Part shown: in pieces, positions 56,768 to 64,000 of the stretch
Numbering within the stretch: the first letter of the stretch is position 1
Layout: each line of letters opens with the position of its first letter
Assembly (NCBI RefSeq): GCF_028641065.1
Contig: NC_073390.1
Span: 37,696,001-37,760,000, forward strand
Length of the DNA stretch: 64,000 bases
DNA from: Leucoraja erinacea
Taxonomy: Eukaryota
Direction: 5' to 3'
Notes under the pieces: model-generated
Databases searched by the model: none
Seen by the model: only the letters and a program-made list of their open reading frames with translations
What the model was told of the DNA's origin: nothing
Made by a program: the position numbers and the translations under genes

Positions 56768-57258
56768 TTCATAAGTCATAGGAGCAGAATTAGGCCTTTC
56801 GGCCGATCGGGTAGACTCCGCCATACAATCATGGCTATCTATCTTTCCCTCTCAACCCCATTATCCTGCCTTCTCCCCATAACCCTTAACACTAATCAAG
56901 AATCTCTAAATCTATGTCTTTAAAATACCCAATGACTTGGCCTCCGTAGCTGTCTGATGTAATGAATTCCACAGATCCACAAGAAATTTCTCCTCATCAC
57001 CTTTCTAAAGGTATGTTCTTTTATTCCGAGGCTGTGACCTCTGGTCCTAGGTTCTCCCACAATTGAAAATATCCTCTCTATTTCCACTTTAACCAGGCAT
57101 TTCACTATTCGGTAAGTTTCAATGAGGTGCCCCCTCATTCTTCAAAACTCCAGAGGACAGGTTTAGTGCCGACAAGCTTATCATACGTTAACCCAATCAT
57201 CCCCTGGATCATTCTCGTAAACCTCCTCTGGACCCTCTACAACTCCAGAACATTCTTG
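56768..57258 (-). mobile_element. CR1 3' end
   Basis: ORF 56920..57138 MRGHLIETYRIVK...RTRGHSL; tail cctaattctgctcctatgacttatga. Confidence 0.85.
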
Positions 57259-59461
57259 GCCCTTTGTGACCCCACAAAATGGATTGTAGAGAACACTTTA
57301 AAATTGTCTGCCAGGAAATATCCATCCCCATCTTACCTCAACCACATTATGTCATGTAAGCTGTGATTTTAGTCATAGAGCCCATAACAGGCCGAATCTC
57401 AGGATTGCTGCATCACTGATGTAACAATTTTCTCAATCTTTCTGGCTATAATGCTGCGCCTTATTACCCATACGTTTCCTCCTTGATTCAGCAGGACACA
57501 GGAGAAACCGTTTAATTTATGCTACCTCTATGCCAGAGTCACAGTAACCCCCAATTTAGATTGAGCAGTGGTTTTCCAATGACACTTACCTACACTCATG
57601 TCAGGCACTGAGATTCAGATTTTCATGCCCTCAGTCATTCACTGACATATACAATAGACCTCAAATTACCATCAACAAAACAAAGGTTCTCCTGTGCTCC
57701 GCCTGCAAAACATTTTCAATGACAGAATTCTGGAAAATATGGACCAAATTATTGGCGATGATTTCACTATTGCTTTCAGTTTGCTGGCGTAGCCTATGGC
57801 AGTGGGAAGTGAATTTGAAAATCAAAATCAATGACGTAATGTTTGATTCATCAATGTCTTCTCCTCTGCCAAAATCCTGAGCAATGATGTCCTAATTACA
57901 TGGTTTCTGATGGACAATTACATTGTACACATGCCCAACACCCGACCTCCGGAACATGCCCGTTTTTCTGGAATATGCTACTGCAAGAGATTAATTAACA
58001 CGTGGATATTGGAAATTAAATAGAACAAAGGAGAATCTTGTTCATTCATTAGATACAGAAGTCCCGTGTAAAGCATGGAAGGGATGCACTCTTTCCCCAA
58101 CTTTCCTCTTATCTACTATGTAAATCCTGCTTCAATTGTGACAGAGTGTGTGGGCCACACACTAGTCTCAACAATTACCTTTGAACCCACATAATTGTGG
58201 GAGCAAGTCATCCTCAAGCTCGATTGACTGCAAGTCGAAATTGTAATGCAATATCATGAAGTCACATGGGTCTATTCTCTCCAATGTACGTTCCCCAATG
58301 ATCTCTCATGACCAAAAAATTAATGTTACTGACTGAACAAATTATCTGAAATTTAAAATTGAGCATTTTAACTAACATTTAGCTAGATTACATAAATTAA
58401 ACAGACATTTGCTCCTACCAATAAAACAAAATACAGTAGGAACTCAAAAGGTCAGGCAGCATCTGTGGAAGGAATGGATAAAGTTTCGGATTGGGCCAAA
58501 AGTAAACGAAATAATCAACTCAATCACTTATCTACATCTTCAAATACTACTAAAACTGGAATGGATATGTGTAAAATTTTGGGTTGGGGCCTTCTTATTC
58601 TCTTTATTCAAGCTTCCAAACAATCAACTCAACCACTTTCTTCAATTCCCCTAAAACTGTCGTGGACAGATATAATGTCAAAAGGCCCCACATAGAAGAT
58701 CTTCAACCTATTCCCTCCACAGATGCTTCCTGACCTGCTGAATTCCTCCACAACTTCGCTTTTGCTCAAGATTCTAGCATCTGCAGTCTCTTAAGTCTCA
58801 AATTTGCTCCCACCAAGTACAGTAGTCTCTAGGAATATGGTTATTCACAGAATTAGCAAAAAATCACAAAGAAAGCTGTTTGCATTTATAATATCGTTTC
58901 TTTACCAATATCTGTGGCGCTGCCCACTTTGTTGGACAAATCCAAATGAATTTTTACTAACCACTCAAATAAAATTACTCAAATTAACCTATTTTTGTGA
59001 CAAAATACAAAGACTTGTTTGCTCAAAATTTAAAAATTAACCGCAATCGATTTATCCTGATAAACTGTATTCCATCCAGATGTGATCTTCGGAGAAATCC
59101 AAGCTAATCCTGCATAAACTATTTGACAATAGTTACCTCATAAATGTCAAACATTTTTCAGTTAGTCAACTCATCTCTTACACCTGCTACACTACATCAA
59201 CTTGTTTGAAATTTATTTAATTAAACACCGATGTTAAAAAAAAAGCAATTATTCTAAATCCAATTACGGCTTCATGGTTTTTCTTCAATTTAAATCCACC
59301 AACTTTGCACCACATTTAACCCAGGAACATGTAAAGATGCTGGAGTCAATAATCAAAGAATAGCATTGAGAAGCTTTATACAATCAAGCCAAGTCATCAT
59401 GGTTTTACAAAAAATACAAAATAATTTGAATTTGTCAAACTCGTGTGCAAACTCCTGGACC

Positions 59462-59925
59462 CAGTGTTTCTACTTTGAAGGAAATTACCCGGTAGGCTTC
59501 AGGTAATTTTAGGGAAATTAAATAATTTCGGGAAATTTCCCGGCCCAATAAACCTTCCCCAACTGCGCCTGTGCGACTGCCACCCCAACTGCGCATGTGT
59601 GGAGAGACGCGAAGGAATTTGGGGAAATTATTTCTTTCCGATCATCCGCGCCTGCACAGTTGGGGGAGACCCATCACAGCGCACAATTGAAAATGGCGCA
59701 GGTGACACAGCAGGGACGCAAAATTACGCCGTCTCCTTGCGCGTGCGCCGTGGGCCCGGTATCTGCGCGAGTGCAGTTGGAGCGGCAGTCGCACATGCAC
59801 AATTGGGGAAGTCGTCTCCCCGTGCATGCGCAGTGGGGGAAGGCTTAAATTTCAGAAAATACCATCAAATTCCAGGAAATTTGGGAGTTTATTTCAGGAA
59901 TTTTTTTTGACGTGTGGAAGCACAG
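59462..59925. mobile_element. GC-rich hAT MITE (464 bp)
   Basis: Imperfect TIRs cagtgtttctac / gtggaagcacag; perfect 8-bp TSD cctggacc at 59454-59461 and 59926-59933; inserted in a Rex1 remnant. Confidence 0.8.
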
Positions 59926-61760
59926 CCTGGACCTGGAAGTGAGCACCCACTCTGCAACTGGATCATTGACTTCCTAACCCACAGGTTATTTAGTAAGGAT
60001 GGGCAACAAAACATCCAACATGATAATACTCAAATCCAGTGCCCCACAAGGCTTTGTTCGCAGCCTCTTAATATGCATCCAACACACTCATGACTGTGCA
60101 GCCAAATCTGCTTAAATCCATTTACAAGTTTGCAGATGACACTGCTGCAGTGGGCCATATCTTGAACAATGATAAGACAATACAGGAAGGAGATAGCGAG
60201 CTTAGTAGCATGGTGTCAAGACAACAGCCTCTTTGTCAATGTCAGCAAAAAAAGGAGCTTGTTATCAACTTGAGAAAGTGGGGTGGAATACACACCCAAG
60301 CCTGCACCAATGGTGCTGAAGTTGAGATGGGCGAGAGCATCAGATTCATAGGTATAAATATTACCAACAACCTGTCCTGGTCCAACCACATTGATGCTGC
60401 GGCCAAAGAAATCACAACAATGTTGACATTTCCTCAGAAGATCAGGGAAATTTGCATGTTTCCAATGACTTAGCAATTTCTACAGATGCACCATAGAAAG
60501 CACCCTAATGGTCGGCCTCACAGTTTAGTATGGCAACTGCTCTTCCCAAGATCACACGAAATTGCAGGAGACTTCATTGCTCCATGTGCAATTGCTCATT
60601 GTAGACTTCAAGAAGTCTAGGGGTGGCACGCACACCCCCATCCACATTAACGGGACGGAGGTGGAATGTGTTTCCAGCTTCAGGTTCCTGGGGGTCAACA
60701 TCTCAGATGACCTCTCTTGGACCCACAATATCTCAACTCTGATCAAGAAGGCTCACCAGCGTCTCTTCTTCCTGAGGAGACTGAAGAAGGTCCATCTGTC
60801 TCCTCAGATCCTGGTGAACTTCTACCGCTGCACCATCCTTACCAACTGTATCACAGTATGGTATGGCAACTGCTCTGTCTCCGACCGGAAAGCACTGCAG
60901 AGGGTAGTGAAAATTGCCCAACGCATCACCGGTTCCTTGCTCCCCTCCATTGAGTCTGTCCAAAGCAAGCGTTGTCTGCGGAGGGCGCTCAGCATCGCCA
61001 AGGACTGCTCTCACCCCAACCATGGACTGCTTACCCTCCTACCATCCGGGAGGCGCTACAGGTCTCTCCGTTGCCAGACCAGCAGGTCCAGGAACAGTTT
61101 CTTCCCTGTCACTCTACTCAACAATGTACCTCGGTGACTGCCAATCACCCCCCCCTAGACACTCCTCCCACAGGAAAAACACTATGTCTGTATACATGTA
61201 AAAAGATTTATCTATTGAAATCATATTCTATGTCGCTCTTCCAGGGAGATGCTAACTGCATTTTGTTGTCTCTGTACTGTACACTGACAATGACAATTAA
61301 AGTTGAATCTGAATCTGAAGATGTGGATGCAGTTCAGTCTATCAAGTAAATCAGCCCCATGTGCAATCGACCCAATCAAGACTTGGACAAGCAGTCAACA
61401 TAATCTAGGACCACTCACACCCTGGTCACTCTCTCTTAACCCCTCTCCCATTGGGCAGATGATACTAAAGCTTAAAATCATGTAGCATCATATTCAACAG
61501 CTGTTTTCAGACTTGAATGGACCTCTCGTATGCAAAGGATGGATTCCGATCTCCCAACCTATCTTGCTGGAAGATCTATCTCCCAAACCAATCTTTGCAC
61601 TTAAAAAAAAAATCAGCATTCCCTGTAGCGGTCACACTATATTCTGCACTGTCTCCATTTCAGTTTGTACTGTCGTACTTGTGTATGACATGATTTGCCT
61701 GGACAGCATGCAAAATAAAGTTTCAAAGTACCGCACTACACGTGACAATAGTAAACCAAT
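59926..61760 (+). mobile_element. Older Rex1/Babar LINE remnant hosting a younger Rex1 copy
   Basis: LCNWIIDFLT, YKFADDT and LSWSNHID motifs; resumes after 61318. Confidence 0.8.
60592..61318 (+). mobile_element. Younger Rex1/Babar 3' end
   Basis: ORF 60562..61137 LIVDFKK...FLGVNISDDLSWTHN...QRLFFLRRLKK...LPSGRRYRS; tail (gaatct)n. Confidence 0.88.
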
Positions 61761-64000
61761 ACCAAATTTGCTAGAGTTCAATGAAAAACAAGTAGAGATA
61801 ATAGGAGTGCTGATAGATGTGGTGTGTTCGGATTTATAGAAAGCATCTGATGAGGAGCCACAAAAAAGGCTGGTGTAAAGTAAGATCTCTCAATAATGGC
61901 TTATCGATAGGAAAGAGTGAATCAAACCACGAAATCATGACCAATGCAGTGTTCCAAAGAGATACAAGGAACTGCAGATGTTGGAATCTTGAGCAAATCA
62001 CAATTGTTACCCCCTTGATGTAGAAAGAAAGAATAGAGGCAGTCAAAAATAATTTGGCTAATTGTTTGGATGAGAGGGTTACCCTATCAATAATGGTTAG
62101 AAAAAAGATATATTTATATTCGAGAGTTCGGAAGAAAGGTGTCCTAACTGAAGCGTAGAAGAATCTAATAGGGTATAACAAGGTAGATATTGAGACATGA
62201 CCCTAAGTGGGAGAGGTTTGAACAAGGGAGCAGTAAAAAAAAGATAAAGCAACACTTATTTAAACTGAATTCCATCTAGCAAAGGATGGAGAATCTCTGT
62301 GATTCTCTACGACAGAGAATTGTGGAGGCGAGATCAGTGGCTACCTAAAGAGTTAAATCAATTTTTGAAAGATCAAAGAGAAGATTAAGTGGTATTGGCA
62401 CAGGAGTGTTTTAGCCTGGGGCCGATCAACTATGGTAATATTGTACGATAGGATAGGATCGAGGGCATGGTGCACTATTCCTCTCATGCAATCACCACAG
62501 AGATTAATTCATCTACATTTGTTAGCCTAAATAAGTGCACAATATGGAATTATGATATACAATCTATTATAATTGTAACAGATAAGATTTAAACAGAAAT
62601 TGTAAATTCTTTGGGCATAGTGAGAACCAGATAAATTTGCATTTTGTTGGCTCCAAATGCTTCCTACTATGGTGGCAAAATATTATTGATTAACAGTAAT
62701 TGATTGAAAGCCCCTCACCCAACATACTTGTTTTTCATAGTTACAAGCCACAAAATAATTAAACAATCATCTCACATTAGAATCCATTAACTTATGGATG
62801 GGTGGGCATGAGGGTTAATGGCCTACTTCAACTTCTATTTATGTTGTAGCTGCACAGGACCAAGAAGCCCAGCAAAATTACCAACTCAGCTTGTGCACAT
62901 TCAAACAGGACTGTTACATGAATTGCCCTTTAGAAACAAACACCAAAATTAAGTAAGGCAATGGAATAGATGGAGAATGGAAATGGTAGAAGTTGACATG
63001 ACATGAGGAATCATCAATCAGGTTTAGTTTAGAGATTTAGGTTTGCTAAAGAACTCTGCAAAATAAGTTGGACGAACTGATACTAAAGGCAGACCAAGTA
63101 GTTATTCTAGTCTCAATGCAAATTATAAAAGTTATTCAACAATACTTTCAGTTGTCAAATAGCCTTTAAACAGTTGAAATCTTACAATCATCAAATTATC
63201 ACCAGATATAGATAAGATATAAATTATATTTTAATTTTAAGACACAGAGATTAATTATCTTACTCCTCGCCTTTATGAAATAATGGGTTTTAATTAATTT
63301 GACTGTAGCAGAAGATAGTGATATCTGCATTAATGAGTCACATAGGTTTTGCTGGGCTGTTTGCTTCCCTCTCTGGAGATGTACATGTCATTATAACATA
63401 GGGACTTCTGAATGAATTCCAGGACTTCAAAATGTTCAGTAGCAATATTTAACTTAGTTTGAAAGAGATGCATAAAATGGTGCAAAGTGTGAATGATGGA
63501 GTGAACACAACAGAAATAATCTGAGCATCAAAGATTCTAAGGAGGGTTCCATTGGTTGCTGAAAGACCAAGGATGATGAGTGGTAGCAGTAAGGCACAGT
63601 TGTAATCACAACGTTTTATAAACATCAATTAATATGACATTGGCAATAAGAACTTCAAATTGGAACTAGCAGGAAAACTGAAAGGAAGGTTGAGAGGAAA
63701 GGCTGAAGACTTGCAACGAATGGACACAACTGAAAGAGAAACTTTTTTGCAGGAAGTAATGCAATGTTACATGATCAGGTACAAGTGCATGTTGACAATG
63801 TAACTGATCATGAGACTCAGAAATATGTGAACAATAATTAAATTGGAATAGACAGTGAATGGAAGTGATCAATTTTATGGATATATTAAATTAACTTTAA
63901 AAAAACAGATTGGTGCCCCAGGAGGGAGAATTGATAGTGGAAAGCTTGGGAGAGATTACTTAGTTTGAGAGAAAGGCAGGCAGCTTTAGTAATGTTTTAT

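Noticed and set aside
59462-59925. GC/CpG-rich patch as the STAG1 promoter or exon 1
   Set aside because: It is bounded by TIRs and an 8-bp TSD inside a LINE remnant, so it is a MITE. The real promoter is probably beyond 64000.

Overview
AT-rich vertebrate genomic DNA, most likely from a cartilaginous fish (skate, ray or shark; inferred from the HE1-type V-SINEs and the CR1/L2/Rex1/Penelope repeat landscape). The window holds most of the cohesin subunit gene STAG1 (SA-1) on the minus strand. Thirty coding exons run from the start-codon exon (ATG at 44609-44611) down to 875; all have GT..AG boundaries and splice in frame (3554 nt). The last exons lie left of the window and the non-coding first exon/promoter probably lies to the right. 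Exon numbers below follow human STAG1. The introns carry a near-intact 3.1-kb CR1, an open 1.6-kb L2, Rex1/Babar fragments, V-SINEs, Harbinger and hAT MITEs and a solo LTR. The most striking signal is a family of at least 13 clear short elements, plus degenerate ones, often fold-back. They are 3' ends (pseudo-LTRs) of a Penelope-like retroelement: one copy is still joined to an open GIY-YIG frame, and several carry a minimal hammerhead-ribozyme motif. Other notable items are an exact 50-bp duplication bracketing exon 14, a uORF whose stop overlaps the STAG1 ATG, and CTCF-like motifs. No prokaryotic features, CRISPR arrays, rRNA or true tRNA genes were seen. Boundaries of old repeats are approximate.
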